The notes beneath the pieces are model-generated. The model was not told where the DNA came from. It saw only the letters and a list, made by a program, of their open reading frames with translations, and searched no databases. DNA of 64,000 bases from Raillietiella orientalis (lineage: Eukaryota). The stretch spans positions 1,488,001-1,552,000 of the forward strand of contig JAYWIR010000028.1 in the NCBI GenBank assembly GCA_036172245.1. Reading direction: 5' to 3'. Each line of letters begins with the position of its first letter. Positions within the stretch are counted from its first letter, which is position 1. Position numbers and translations under genes: made by a program. Below, in pieces: positions 13,200 to 25,529 of the stretch.

Positions 13200-13499
13200 T
13201 GATCTCTCCGTTTGATCCCAAGTCCCATAACCCCAAGGATCCACGGCAGTCGCTCTCGCTGAAGCCGGCGCTCTTCTAGAGGCGAGGTTCTCCATGGTAA
13301 CGCTGACTCCGCAGTGACTCGCCTTCTCCCTGGAGCCCCAGATCCGTTCGAAGCTTCGAGCCATTTCCGGCACAGGCTGCTCAGAGGACACTATCTCTCC
13401 GCGTTTCTGGGATGGCATCCAGACCAGTCCATCGTCCGACGTGTGACCACCCGCAGGACCAGCTACCCCAAGCGCTGAAAGCTGACGGTCTTCATTCAT
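13200..13499 (-). mobile_element. Decayed gypsy RT fragment
   Basis: EDRQLSAL..P.GG, then ..KASHCGVSVTMEN...VDPWGY, resembling EDRxKTAFxTPxG...GLxLNxxKC...VxFLGY. Confidence 0.35.
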
Positions 13500-14723
13500 C
13501 CGCCCGTCATTTGGAGTCGATCGAAAATTCCGAGCCGACGTGGTGCTCCAGGAATCGTCACACCTGGAGTCACCCGACTCCCTGAGTCCTGAGACCTCTC
13601 AGAGAGCAAGGGAGAGGAGAGGGAATGCCAGGGACTCTCTTTGCTTCTCCCGAGGACTGCCCGCTTCAACGCGGGCACTCGCTGCAAGATCCCTGGACGC
13701 ATGGACTCCAGGGAGCGAGGAGATGCTGAAGGGGAGCTTGAGGTCGCTGGGAGTCAGGAGGAGCAGAAGAGGAATTCGAACACCCAGCCTCCACGAGACG
13801 GATGTTTGGGGTCGGATGATTCGAATGTGGGGATGCTGCACAATCCCTCACGGTCACCGAGTGTACTCCTTCCGTCTCCTCCCTCGCGCCTAACCGAAAC
13901 GCGGAAAGGAAGGTGCCCTCGAGATCTGGTGGCCTGTGCTGGAGCTCTTAGCGTCGGCTTCCGAGTACCACCTTTGAGCGTCAGCAGAAGTTCGAGAGAA
14001 GGATCCAGGAATTTTCCCGGAAGAAACGGATGAGGGCGTCTTGGCTCCGAGAGCGCCAGTTTCGAGGGGAGCCTGCTTTCCGGACAGCGTCCGAACCTCT
14101 CAGAAGCGTCGCTCAGTCTCCAAGTGCTCGTCTCCAGGGCTCGTCCTGGTGGTCCTCGGATCCCCCGCGAGCGAACACGCTCGTGAGATGCGGGGATGCT
14201 CCTGCTCTTCCCGTCACCCAAAAGATTTCCTCGTGCTGCTGCCTGGATGAATCCGCGGAGATCTTCCGAGCGGAAGGGGAAGGGAAGAAGGATTCGGCCA
14301 GCGGATGCCAGAGCTGCTCTGCGAGGGGCCCGCGTGGACCTTTTCGACCTTTTCGTATCGTGGAGTCCTCGAGGAAAGTAGGAAAAAAAAATGAAAATGA
14401 AATGCGAGCCAGTAGATGGAGATACTGGTCGCTCCGTCGACGTTGCACTTCTGGCCTTTGAAAGACGCTAACGTCACTCCTCGCTGACGTCACCGCTTCA
14501 CTACTGTCGTCGTTGCCGCCGCCGCCTGAAACCTTCGAACCAGCCGAACTCTGCGTCAAGCCGACACGCAGCTTCCCACGCATGGCAATCATTGTCGGCC
14601 TGAGAGGAGGGTGACCAACGCATTCTGATTCGAAGATGTTGCAAAAGATGAGCTGATTAGCGAGGTTTTTGGCGTCGGACTCGGCCGATTATCGCTCTCA
14701 GCCTGAGCTCGGAGGAAGATCTT

Positions 14724-14756
<33 letters not shown>

Positions 14757-14768
14757 GAGGAGGAGGAG
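14724..14768. repeat. (GCG)10 followed by (GGA)n trinucleotide repeat
   Basis: Directly visible. Confidence 0.95.
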
Positions 14769-15869
14769 GGGGGAAGAAGAAACCTTATCGAGGCAGCAGC
14801 AGCCGTACGTGATTTAAAGCATCGCGACCCCGATGCGGTTGCTGGTGAGTGTCGGGCAGCGGGATGCTGCGCCCGAGTGCGTGGTGCCGCGCACCGGCGG
14901 TACGCATGCACGCGAAGAGAGTGGTATGGCGGCTGTGCGCGCGTTTTTGTGCCTGCCATGTGTGCCAGGGATGCTGGAACGGAGGAGAACGTCCGAGATG
15001 CGTGCGCGCGCGAGAAGACAGCCCGGGAAGAATTCCATCCTCGAACCGCACCAAGCGAGAGACCTTCTGGCGGTGCTCAGGAACTCTCGACTTTTGGTCA
15101 CGTGACTGATTAACTTATCTGAGCTTATCGCTGGCGTGGCCTCCAGAGAGGAAATGGTGGTCGGAATCGGGAATCCAGGCAAGCACCATTGCAGAGAGGA
15201 AAGAGGAGGAGAAGAAGAAAAAGGAGCAGGCGGAAGAGAAGAAGAGCAAACCTCGCTCAAGAACATTCTTTTCGAGGTTCTTCTCGCTTCCCAGCTTCCA
15301 CCACTTGTGACGAGGATGGCCTCGGTTCAGCATCTGTGCCCCATGGCCATGCTCGGGGGGAACAGCGAACCAAGGCGTTCTCCTCTCCCTTTTGGATCAA
15401 CTCGGCATCCGCACTCCTCGGGGCTTGCTCCAATCTCAGAGGGAGATGCTGCTTCTCGGAGCGCGGGGGCCCAGGACGGAACCTCTTCTCGGGACGCCTC
15501 CAGACGGGAGAGGCAGCAGCGGAACCCTCCTTGAAACGCCCAGTCTCCTCCTCCGCAAAATGCTTTCTCAGGAGAGCGTTTCCGAGTAGATCCACTGCCA
15601 CTTCCTCCCCCCCACTCCCCTCATCCCCTGTTTTCCCGAGCCTCCCCTTTCGGCGAGTACGGGAAGCTGCTGACCCGAGGCGGAGAGGTGGAAGAGTCCG
15701 CTGCACCAGCGGGCGTGGATCTCGAGCATCCGACACGCTCCTTTCGGTCCCTTTCGCTGCTCGCCTTCCTCCCGACCCGCTGCCGCTTCTGGAACACCCC
15801 CAGCCTTGAACGGGGCACTCTCCACGGGACGTGCTTCGGGACGGATCACCCACCTGCCCTGGAGAGTTT

Positions 15870-16220
15870 CCCCCACCCCACTAGACAGGCAGTTCCAGGT
15901 CTCCGGGATCGAAGAAGCCGAGTGCTTTCCGCAACCTCCACCTCTCCCATCCCCACTTCCCGCTCCCGCCCCCGAGATCTGCACTAAGGCAGGGACCCTG
16001 CCGCGAGGACAAACCCTGCGACCTGATTCCCTGTCTAGGAGGGCAGAAAAAACTCTCCCCCTTCCCGGGAGATTCGGAGGTCTCCACAATCCATCCCCTT
16101 CGCCGCTTCCGGAGAGAGAGAATTCAAGAGCGGATTATTCCTCTCCGTGGATCGGAGGTCTCCACTGCCTCCAGGGGAAAAGGGGGAGTAATATTGCAGT
16201 AATCCCTACGGAAGCACATC
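15870..16220 (+). mobile_element. Decayed BEL/Pao protease fragment
   Basis: FQVSGIE...ICTKAGTLPRGQTLRP...P....RADY...IGG...GKRG..AVIPT follows the BEL protease layout. Confidence 0.4.
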
Positions 16221-17469
16221 CTGAAGGCACTGCCGCTGTGGCAACGGCTTCTCCGTCACTCCGTCACGAGAAAGCACTCATCGGAGCTTTCCCTGGTCAC
16301 TTCCGAGGTCACCGACGCTCGCCTGCTTTTTAAGAGACACGTCGAGGTCACTCAAAGCGCCGTACCTTCCCTCCTGCACACGGGCAAAGAGGTGGGAGGT
16401 GACCCGGCGGGTCGCCTCCCGCCGCCGCGCCAGGCGACCTGTCTTTCGTCGTCCAAAAGGGAGAGAACGCGACCTTCGCACGAAGACTCTCCCAAAGACG
16501 TCGCTCGACACGTGCGGAGGCGGACCGCGGGACCCCCGCGGATCCACCGCGGCAAGAGCGGCTGGTGGACACCTCCGTCCTCCCCCTTCGCTCCCACCGG
16601 CGCGCGCCGCCGCCTCCCTGCAGGCGTACCGGGATCTGGCCCGAGGAGAGCGACGTTGCCCCCCTTCCCCACCCGTACTTGGGGTGGGTCCCCGAGGGAC
16701 GCCCTCCGAGCAACGGCAGCGGTCGTGCAGCGCGTGCTCACGACGCTTCAGGGGAAGCCTTCACCGTACGGTGCTGCCGTCATGTACGGCCGAGGGCAGC
16801 GTTCTCCTCTTCGGATCTCCCCGTCCTCTTGCGAGCGGTGGTGGTGACCGGAAGGAGGGGTGGAGAAGTGAGGGCGCAGCTGCCTGCCATGCCGGGGAGG
16901 TGGTCGCGACTTCTGAGCCCGCGAAATGCGGCGAAGGGCCCGGACCGGAGCGCGCGATGCTAGGAGAGCCTGAAGGCGCTCGCAGACGGAGGAGCACCCT
17001 TAAGACCTTTTCGTCGTCCACCTCTTCCTCTTCATTGGCTCTCCCTTCGCAGGCTGCCGGGAACTGTGGGCGTTGCCATCGTGAGGCCGGTTTATCCAGG
17101 CTCCTCCATCCATGTGTTCGTCGGTAGGCTCTCCCGTGCTTCCTAAGGCAGTCTTCAGCCAGGTTTGACCCCTCTCGCTCCGGTCAGGCACATGTCCGTC
17201 TCTCCTTCGCCGTGAAAAAAAATCGTTTATCTGTTTCAGCTGAGGTGCCCGGTGGCAATCCGGTTTGGGGAGATCCCTCCGGGACGTTCAGTTTTAAGAT
17301 GTAAACATAAAAAGAAGGCACAAAAAATGGGGAATGTGCCTTCAGCGGATAGCCTTCAAAGCGTAGAGCAGCTGCGAGTGAGGTCCACTTTCCACAGTCG
17401 GGGAAAATGGGTCAGATGAAGGAACAGATGGGAAGTCGGAAGAGAATACTCTGGTTCTGCGGGGGTGGC

Positions 17470-18200
17470 GGTCCGCCGGTCGCTTCACCGGTCTCCTAGT
17501 TGCGTGGAGGATGTCCTCTGTCAACCCGTAGTCGGGTTACGGGCAGCCACCTCGCCACTTCCTCAAGTCAGAATGCTGCGACCTTTCTGTGCGTTCCGTC
17601 CCGCCGCCAGGCACGCACGGCTGCTGCAATGTGCGCGCGAGCCAGTGCGGCAGATGACGCGAGGGATCGACCCTGGGGCGAAGAGCCGACGAAGCTTGCT
17701 TTCTGAATGATTCATCCAAGGGACCATCGGACGATCCCGGGCAGAATGCAGCCTTCAAGAGCATGGGAGATCGACTCGGGTTCCCGCCTTTGCCTCCACC
17801 CCTCCACGCGTCTACCGATGCCACTGCAGAGGGTGCCCCGACGCATGAAGCTCAACTCCACTACCGGAGAGGGAACTTCCGTGAACTTCCCCCTCAATCA
17901 GTGACGTTACCCCTGAAGCAGACTTAGCATGGAGAACCGTGCTCTCCAGAAAAGCAACACTTTACTTCTCCCCTCTCTCCCGCCCTTTGACCTGTATGTG
18001 TTGCGTGGGCAGATAATTTTTGCCGCAAGGGTCTCAGGCGGCCCTGACCGGATGGAAAGACCCTCGTCTTTTACCCGTGAAGCACCTGTTTCCTCCTCCT
18101 CTCCCGGGCTCTTCCCAGAGTGCGCAGGTCCGGAGCGCATCCGCCAACGTTCGGAGGAGACTTTGCTGCCGGAGGGAAGGTCGTGGTGTGGAGGTCGCCG
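17470..18200 (+). mobile_element. Decayed gypsy RT-RNase H fragment
   Basis: CVEDVL (YxDD remnant), IPGRMQPSRAW, then RALQKSNTLLLPSLPPFDLYV...ERPSSF...LLPEGRSW, resembling ALxxxPxLxxPxxxxPFxLxxD...ERPVAF...LxGRxF. Confidence 0.55.
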
Positions 18201-19459
18201 CCGAGAGGATCTGCCCTCACCCGCAGGTTCGCCGCTGCCGAACTGCGCAAGATTTCCTCGAAAGGTGCACGAATGGCGCGGAGGAGGCGGCAGCGAAGCC
18301 GCCCTGCCCGTTGTCAGGGGCCCGTCCGCTGTGTGCCGTCTCTCCGTCTTTCAGGAGTCGCGCTCCTGGAAGCAATTCATACGAAACCACCTGCCAAAGT
18401 AGGCTCACCGTTGGGTACGTTGGGAGAGGTTCTCAACTTCAAATTCAATATAGCTTTATAGGAGCGTTCGTCTTTGCTTCATTTCGGGATGTTTGAGTAA
18501 CGGACTCCTGGTCCAGCTGCCTCCGAAAGGCAGAGTCAGCGCACGACCCATTCTTGCGGGAAGGGACCTCCAGGTCGGGCGTGAACCAAAGAGGGGCGGG
18601 CAGAAGCACCGAAGAGACCCCTCACGGGAGGCAGCCTCGGAGAGGAGGCGTCCTCGGACGGACCTCTTCGGTACAGCGACGGCGTTTTAATCCCAGGGAT
18701 GCCACGCTCTGGACCCCGTGGCCTCCTGTCCCCACTCGCATGACCTCGGGAAAGTCAACAGGAGGCCAACACTAACCTTTTCTCCTTCAGAGCGACGGGA
18801 GGTGGACCCGCGCCTCGGGGAGACCTCCTAGTCGGTCATTCCTGCTCGAGGTCGACACAGGAGGAACGCGAGCGGAACTTCCTGACACCGCCGCGGAGAA
18901 GGAGCGTGGCTCAGCTGGAAGGAAAAAAAAAAAAAAATCCCCTCGCAGCGCTCTTCTGCTCCTGGTGCCCCTCCTTAATTTATAAGCTCCTCCTTCCCGC
19001 CCGCCCACCTTTCCTGCTCCCGGACTCTTTCTCGCCCACCTCCGTTCTCCAAGCGATCGCGTCCTTCCGGGAACTCTTGATCGGGAGCGACCCGGAGAGA
19101 TCTGCTCCCGGAGGCCGGAACCCGACTGGTGCGAGTCGCCGGCAGCGCTTCTACAGTCGACTATTTTTCTTCTTTCCGTTTTTTCCAATGGGAATAACGG
19201 GTGAGAAGAAATCCCCCGTTGGAGAGTTTCCAAGGATACCGGTTACCCATCTTTCGCGGAGCTATCATTGCTGGCGCGAAACCGGCAGGAGAAACCTAAA
19301 GTGGGCTTGACTTTGAAGAGCTACCTTCTGGATGCCACACAAACAAAGCGCGGGGTGATCCAGGAAGTGCTCAAAAACTGAACAGAGGTGAAGTTGAGAG
19401 TCCTGAGGTGCCACCAGTCCTCCTTTCTCTCTCTTCTTATGGGGTTCACGGCTGGCCAT

Positions 19460-19775
19460 CACATCTGTCCCTTTCGCCAATGGCTGCACGCACGCAGGCA
19501 GGTTGTGACGTTCGAGACAGTCCCTTTTATTCTTTTTTCTGCTGCTCCTTGCACGGCGTTGGCTGCACGGGAAACCCCAGTGCAAGAAGAGTGTTGCCAC
19601 AGGAGGGCTTCGCCGTTGTTTCAGACCCGGTCACACCAGGATGCTTATTCGAAATAGATATAAACATACAGTACTCGTGCCTTGGGGTCACGAGGCGAGG
19701 AATGCTGACATACAAGTCGGTAACCTAGAGAAAAACGCTCTCAGCAAGGACGACTTAAGAAGGAAGCAGTGGATG
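19460..19775 (+). mobile_element. Third, more diverged and deleted copy of the same gypsy integrase segment
   Basis: CGGCGTTGGCTGCACGGGAAACCCCAGTGCAAGAAGAGTGTTGCC (~19554-19598) matches ~20290-20334 at 38/45. Patchy matches continue on both sides. Confidence 0.6.
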
Positions 19776-20099
19776 AAAGTGGATGCGAGGTGTACTCTCA
19801 GACACAAGGCATGAAAACATTTATCTTCTCCAGGGAATGTGGGACAGATGGGAAGGTTCCTCGCCAGGCATTGGAGCCCACCACCTCGCTTCCCATCAAC
19901 ATGCTTTCCTTATAGTCTTCTGGCCACCCGGGAGACGCCCTCCTTGCTTTCCGGACGGATGTGAGACTATCTGACTACCCACCCCATCACGGATTGGAAG
20001 AAAGGACTGTCTGTCCTCGAGGTGGTGCCATCACTTCACAGCCTAGCTATTCGCGAAGCTGCATCTAAGATGATGATGCAGCGCAGGATGACCAGCGGC

Positions 20100-20612
20100 C
20101 CCGTGGTCGAGAGAGTGCTTGGGGCGTGAAGAACCGCCGCAGGAGCTGCCCAGGGGAATCTTCTCAACGAAGGAGAGTTGCTGTCACTCTTCGCCATCCG
20201 CTAAGGGGGAGCTTGCAGTTCAGAGGCAGTTGCGAGGGCGAACCAGGCTCCCCACGCCTGCGCGGTTCGAGGACGCGTTCCGGTGATCCCGGCGTTGGTT
20301 CCACAGGAAATCCCAGTGCAGGATGAGTGTCGCCGCGTGTTGCCATCGGGAAGAAAGCACCGAACCCTCCAGGAGAAACCCTCAAAGGCTATGGGGACCA
20401 ATAGTACGCTCGGGAAAATGTCGAGGTTCTCTACACCCACCAGCTCAGTCCTTGGGCGCGAACACTTGGAGGCGTGGCGCGGCCGACCAGCTGCTTATCG
20501 ACTTGCTGACTCCTGCTATGCAGCAAGAAAGCTCCCATCCTAGCCATTTGGCTCTGTCATCGCCGCCCTCATAGGGAGGGCAGTGCTTCGTCGTCACTGG
20601 AGACGGAGCTGA
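20100..20612 (+). mobile_element. Decayed Ty3/gypsy pol fragment (integrase zinc-binding region)
   Basis: RRVLPSGRKHRTLQE...GTNSTLGKMSRF...REHLEAW...DSCYAARKLP follows the gypsy pattern LxLPxxRxxxxLxE...GHxGxxKTLxKxRxRFYW...DVExW...CxxCxARKGP. Confidence 0.65.
20289..20591 (+). repeat. Inverted repeat, left arm (near-identical core)
   Basis: Reverse complement of 23438-23740; 4 mismatches in 303 bp, compared base by base. Confidence 0.97.
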
Positions 20613-20664
20613 AGACGGGAGCGTCGAGCTGGAGATATGGAGAAGTGTTTCAACGGAAGCGGAT

Positions 20665-20682
20665 GCGCGCGCGCGCGCGCGC
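20665..20682. repeat. (GC)9 alternating purine-pyrimidine tract
   Basis: Directly visible. Confidence 0.95.
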
Positions 20683-23417
20683 CCTGGATCATCAGAGCAG
20701 CACGACTATCTTCACGGGGCGCAGCTTTGGTAGCTCGCAGTGGGTGACGCAATCGGCCTCGATAAGCGACTTTACAACGGATCACGCATGGGATGTCCCA
20801 GACGGAGGAGCGCATTTCGCGATCAGCTTCCCGCGCCCTGCGATTCACGCGCACGCCGGCTTGCCGGCATCGTGTCAGCTGCTGCGGCTCCCTGCTTTAT
20901 CACCTCTCTGCATGTGCTGCTGCCACCGAACAGAGAGGGAGTGACTGCGGAACACGGCCCTCCTGGATTCACCTTTTTGGGGTGGGCTGGCGTTGCTGCT
21001 GCTCCGTTCCGAATCTGCGGCCTTCCCTGCAGGCAGGGGAAAGTTCCCGCATGACCCGCGCGTCGGCTTCCTCCGCAACTCTGGGGTGCGGATCGAAAGA
21101 GTTGCCCGGTTGCTCCGGGCAACTCTTTCGATCTTGAATGACACCCCTCTCAGGTACGCGGTAATTTGAATCAGCAAGAGTGGAGGTTTCGGGAGACATT
21201 CCATGCGAAATGAAATGCATCTGCCTGGTTGAGTTGTTTCAGACGTACGTTCGGAAGTGCGAGAAGCCATCTTCAGTGACGTAAGCACCAGTAAACGCAC
21301 GATGATATTAAGGAAAAAAAAAAAAAAAGCACACGCGCGCGCGAGCGCGCACACACACAGGAAAAAAAAAATAAAAAATCCGAATTAGGAATTTCCTGGG
21401 TCGAACAAACTGGAGGAATCGAAACCAAAATGTCATCATAAGCCCGTGGTTCACGCGTCCAGGCGTCTCTTCGTGACCTTGTGCGTGTGCCGGACTGCAG
21501 ATTCTCCTCGGGCGGCGCGATTCCTGGCCCGCTGCTACCTCGTGCTGCCTCGTTGGGCTTTTTGGCAGCGTTCTGCAAGCAGCGGCGCCCGGCGCTCGTT
21601 CTTTGCGACAAATCCGCGCGCTGCAGCTTTGGTACCCTCGAAGCACTCCGTCGGGAGGGCGCAGAGTCACACCATGGCTGCCTGCATGCCTCCTCGTACG
21701 AGTGCCCCCTTTCCTCCGCTCGCTTGCTGGGTACATTTTTTTTTTCTTTTTTTTTTCTTCTTCCGTTTCGGCGCAGTGTCATCGTGGCTGCATCCCTCGT
21801 ACGAATGCGCTCCTCGCTCTTCCCCGCTCTGCTTGCCGAGTGCATTTTTTTTTTGTGTGTGTGTGTGTGTGTGTATGTGTCTCTCGAAAGCTTTCCGTGC
21901 GGGAAATGCTGAGAAAAGCGAGAGAGCAACCTAGATGAGGATACAGATGAGTGGAGGTTTCCAGCTCCGAGAAGATAGGAGGCGGCTCTCCTGCTCTCTA
22001 TGTGCCGATTCCACGGAGGGAATCGAGGCCAGAAATCGCAGATTCCGAGCACCATCCTCCGGCGGCGGAAGTTCCGAGGAAGCGCTTCCTACGTTCGCAC
22101 ACGGCGCCCGTAAGAAGAGCGGACTTGAGGTGATTTCATGCAACGGAGTCACGTCTAGCTGGGTTAATGATGATGATGACAGAGATGCTCATTGTCATTT
22201 GGAACTCGCACGCAAAGTAACAGAAAGGATGAGAGACAGAAGGACAAAAGAAAAAAAAACTGGTGCTGCTTTCGCTGCAGCAGTTTGCGATGTGGCTTCC
22301 GGATCGCAGAAGCTTTTCAGTCTTTCTCCCCATGCGAATGGCGCTTGGCGGCGCTTGGGTACTCGAGAGTGCCCTTTTCTTCTTTCCGGCCTCTCTGCTT
22401 GGTTGCTACCACCACCTTCTGCATCTTGATCCTCTGCCTCAGGCAGAGGGCAGAAGAGCTTTCTCGAGCTTCCTGGATCTTTGGAATCCGAGACTCGCTC
22501 CAGGTCCCGTCTCGAGACACCGACCGTTTCGCGCTGCTGTCTCGAGACGTCGTCTGCTTTTTGCCAACCTTGGCGCTCTTCTCCAGCAGCAGTCACCGCC
22601 TCAGAGGGAAGGGGGAGGGCCGGGGGATTTTCGAATCGAACTCGATTTCCCCTCCCCTCCCCTTTCGCACCACCAAGTGGCTGCGCATTCCTCTTCCATC
22701 CCGGTTTGATCTTCCTCGAAAACCTTGCAAAACCCCCATTTTCTGGTTCCTCAACTCCGCCGAGTCCGCCGCAAGATAACTCTTCTCTGTAAACATCCTC
22801 CCCTGATAACCTTGATTCTTCATTCTGGCTCGATTCGATAACGGCGACTCACTCAATTAAACGCCCTCTGGAGGAATCGCTTGCGATCCACCTAGACAAT
22901 CTGTTTGCGCGCGCGAGCAGATGAATCTTTTTCCCATCCTACCGTCTCAAGCGCAAAGATTCGCAAGCGGCCGTACTTGAGGGTCCGATAAACACCAGAA
23001 GAAGCCGCCATTTTGCTTTCAAGATCAGCAGCGACCCCCTTCCCCCTACCACAAAAAAATTTCCCGCCATCGCTCATCCCCACCCAACCTCAGTATCCAA
23101 TCTTCTCAGTTTCTTCGCAGCGTGTCTCCTCCGTCGAGGCGTCCCCTGGCTCTTTGAGCTATGCGCTCGAAACTCCGCACTACTCAAAGCGTTGCCAACT
23201 CCCTTAGTCTCCCAATTTTCTCCCGCCCTCGCAACGGTCCATATGGCGGATCCCCTGCTGAACATTCACAGGTAGAACAGGCTTTACATAGTCTTCGCAG
23301 GATGCTTGTGGCACCGGTCCATTTTCATGCTCTCAGAGAGTGCCTTTTCACCTTTCAGTGAGTTTGTCGGAATGCATCTTCCTATGTGCTTCCGTTCTCA
23401 GCAACACCCACAGCGGA

Positions 23418-23920
23418 CCAGCACCTCTCCAGCAGCCACGAAGCACTACCCTCCCTATGGGGGCGGCGATGACAGAGTCAAATGGCTAGGATGGGAGCTT
23501 TCTTGCTGCATAGCAGGAGTCGGCAAGTCGATAAGCAGCTGGTCGGCCGCGCCACGCCTCCAAGTGTTCGCGCCCAAGGACTGAGCTGGTGGGTGTAGAG
23601 AACCTCGACATTTTCCCGAGCGTACTATTGGTCCCCATAGCCTTTGAGGGTTTCTCCTGGAGGGTTCGGTGCTTTCTTCCCGATGGCAACACGCGGCGAC
23701 ACTCATCCTGCACTGGGATTTCCTGTGGAACCAACGCCGGCACTACCGAAGGGGAACATCTTCTATGAACTGTGCCAAGGTTGGCAGAGAAGGAATGTTG
23801 CTTTTGGACTTACCAGTTCCTCTGGAGTGGATGGCAGCGGGTGTCAGCAGCAGCCTTCTTGCATCCAGGGGATCGCCCTGACCAGCTACTCGCCAGTGCT
23901 TTACACCGCGAAGACTTTCG
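23418..23920 (-). mobile_element. Decayed Ty3/gypsy pol fragment, inverted copy
   Basis: Homologous to 20100-20612 over its whole length. Confidence 0.65.
23438..23740 (-). repeat. Inverted repeat, right arm (near-identical core)
   Basis: Reverse complement of 20289-20591. Confidence 0.97.
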
Positions 23921-24519
23921 ACCTCTGAGTCATTCTATACCTTAATCGTGCACCAATAGCGGCTCGCCCTACGGTGGAACAGAGGTGAGACCAAAGTACG
24001 GTCGAACACTTGATGATTCGCCCCCTTCTTCCTTTATGAGGGAATCAGGATGACCTCCCCTGTGTCAAGAAATGAAAGAGGACGCTGTTTGCATTGCAGG
24101 CAGACTGAGAAGACGCAGGTCATCCAACAGGACACCCTTCCCACTCCTGTTCCAATCCTGATGACAAGAACATTTTCTCCTTCTGATCTCCAGTCTTTTT
24201 TACCTTGCATTTATTTTTCTTTTCTTTTTCTCCCTTTTCCCGCGTCATTCTGTCCTCTTCGCTGCCGACCTGCGTTGAATGCATTTGATGCATAAGGAAT
24301 TCTTCATGTGTATCCTTACTGAATTCAAATAAACTTCCGGGCGTGATCGTATTGCAAACAGCGACAAAGCTGGACAGATAGAGGAAAGGTTAGAGGTTGC
24401 GGAAAATCCTTCCTGGGCACTTCTTCACGTCAGCCTGATTCTTATGAATAATTCTTGAATTCATGGATCTCACTTTCCATCACCGCACTGTTAGCTCGTT
24501 ATCGAGGGGATCTGCCTGT

Positions 24520-25064
24520 GCCTCTACGGCTGAAAAGAGAGATCAAGGCAGAAATCTGTGCTTCTACTTTTGCAGGCATTGCATATTCCAAGGTATGCAC
24601 CCACCGCTGTGCGTCGTGGCGCACTGCCTGTCAGAAACATCGAAGGCCGGTGCCCATCAGAGTTTTGGCTTCTGGAAGAAATCTGCTTCGTCATCAATTT
24701 ATTCTGCTGTTTCTGTTTCGATGTTGCTCTAGAAGAGTAGTGGAGTCACGACGGGAGCCAGAGTGGTGACTGTCAGCTGAGAAGAAAGGTCGTCGTGGTC
24801 ATCTCTTTGCTTCCCTGTGAGAAGCTAAGAAAGCAGGATCTCTATTTTGAGGGACTGTTCTTCTGGGATCGTTGTTCAGTTATTTTCCTCAGTAGCCGTT
24901 TCAACGTTTCCTCAAGAATGACAGCCTCTTTCGAGATTAAGCAAAGGCAGATGCACTGGGTCACGAGAATACAGACGAATGGAGAATGCGCTCAAACACG
25001 CAAGCTCATACTTCGGGGTGCTGCGCGAAGAGATGGGAAACCTTTCCAGGATCGCAGGAAATGA
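24520..25064 (+). mobile_element. Decayed RTE-clade LINE 3' fragment
   Basis: IKAEIC...THRCASW (LYGCESW-like) and IKQRQMHWVTRI..N...TRKLIL..RRDGKP (IKxRRLxWxGHVxR...PKxIL...RxxGRP). Confidence 0.6.
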
Positions 25065-25529
25065 AAGCGAGTTTCATGAGCAGATCCTGTGAATTATGGA
25101 CTCGCCTTGGGAAGCGTTTCACTCGCTATCGTTCTGACTAATTTGAACCACGGTGACTCATTGGAAAGTTTGTGTATGTGTGTGTGTGTGTGTGTGTGTG
25201 CATTCATGGGAGGGGGTGATAATCGATAGATCCGTTGGGCTGGTGCGTTTTCTCAAGTTCCTGCCATGCAGTTCTGGAATCCAGAATGTTTCGGATTACT
25301 CTTCACAAGGTCCTTAAAATTTAATGAATGAACTCTATTAATAGCGGTTAAGGCTAGAAAGAGCTAGAATTAATTCCGCTGACTCGAAACGAGAAGTGTT
25401 TCCTTCCAGAGGAGAAAGGAGCCATTTCCAGGTTTGCATTGCCACTGAACCGTTTCTTCGGGCACCTTTCTGATGCGTTCGTGACTTGCGATCCTTCCAC
25501 TTCATTTCCTCACTGTGAGATGGCAAGAC

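Noticed and set aside
15154..15190. MVVGIGNPGK, like the peptidyl-tRNA hydrolase N-terminus
   Set aside because: Only ~10 aa, no TRHN motif, and it runs into a GA-rich repeat.
16050..16270. LRR-like GGLH repeats with IPTEA
   Set aside because: Key Leu/Asn positions are missing; the frame fits a BEL protease remnant.
17907..18140. Minus-strand kinase-like motifs (DEGLS, GPPETLAAKII)
   Set aside because: The opposite strand matches gypsy RNase H, continuous with upstream RT remnants.
23490..23910. Pif1/Helitron helicase-like motifs on + strand (AGVGKS, GDTHPALGFPV, GD..QL)
   Set aside because: Scattered over three frames. The opposite strand gives a better single-frame match to the gypsy integrase zinc region.
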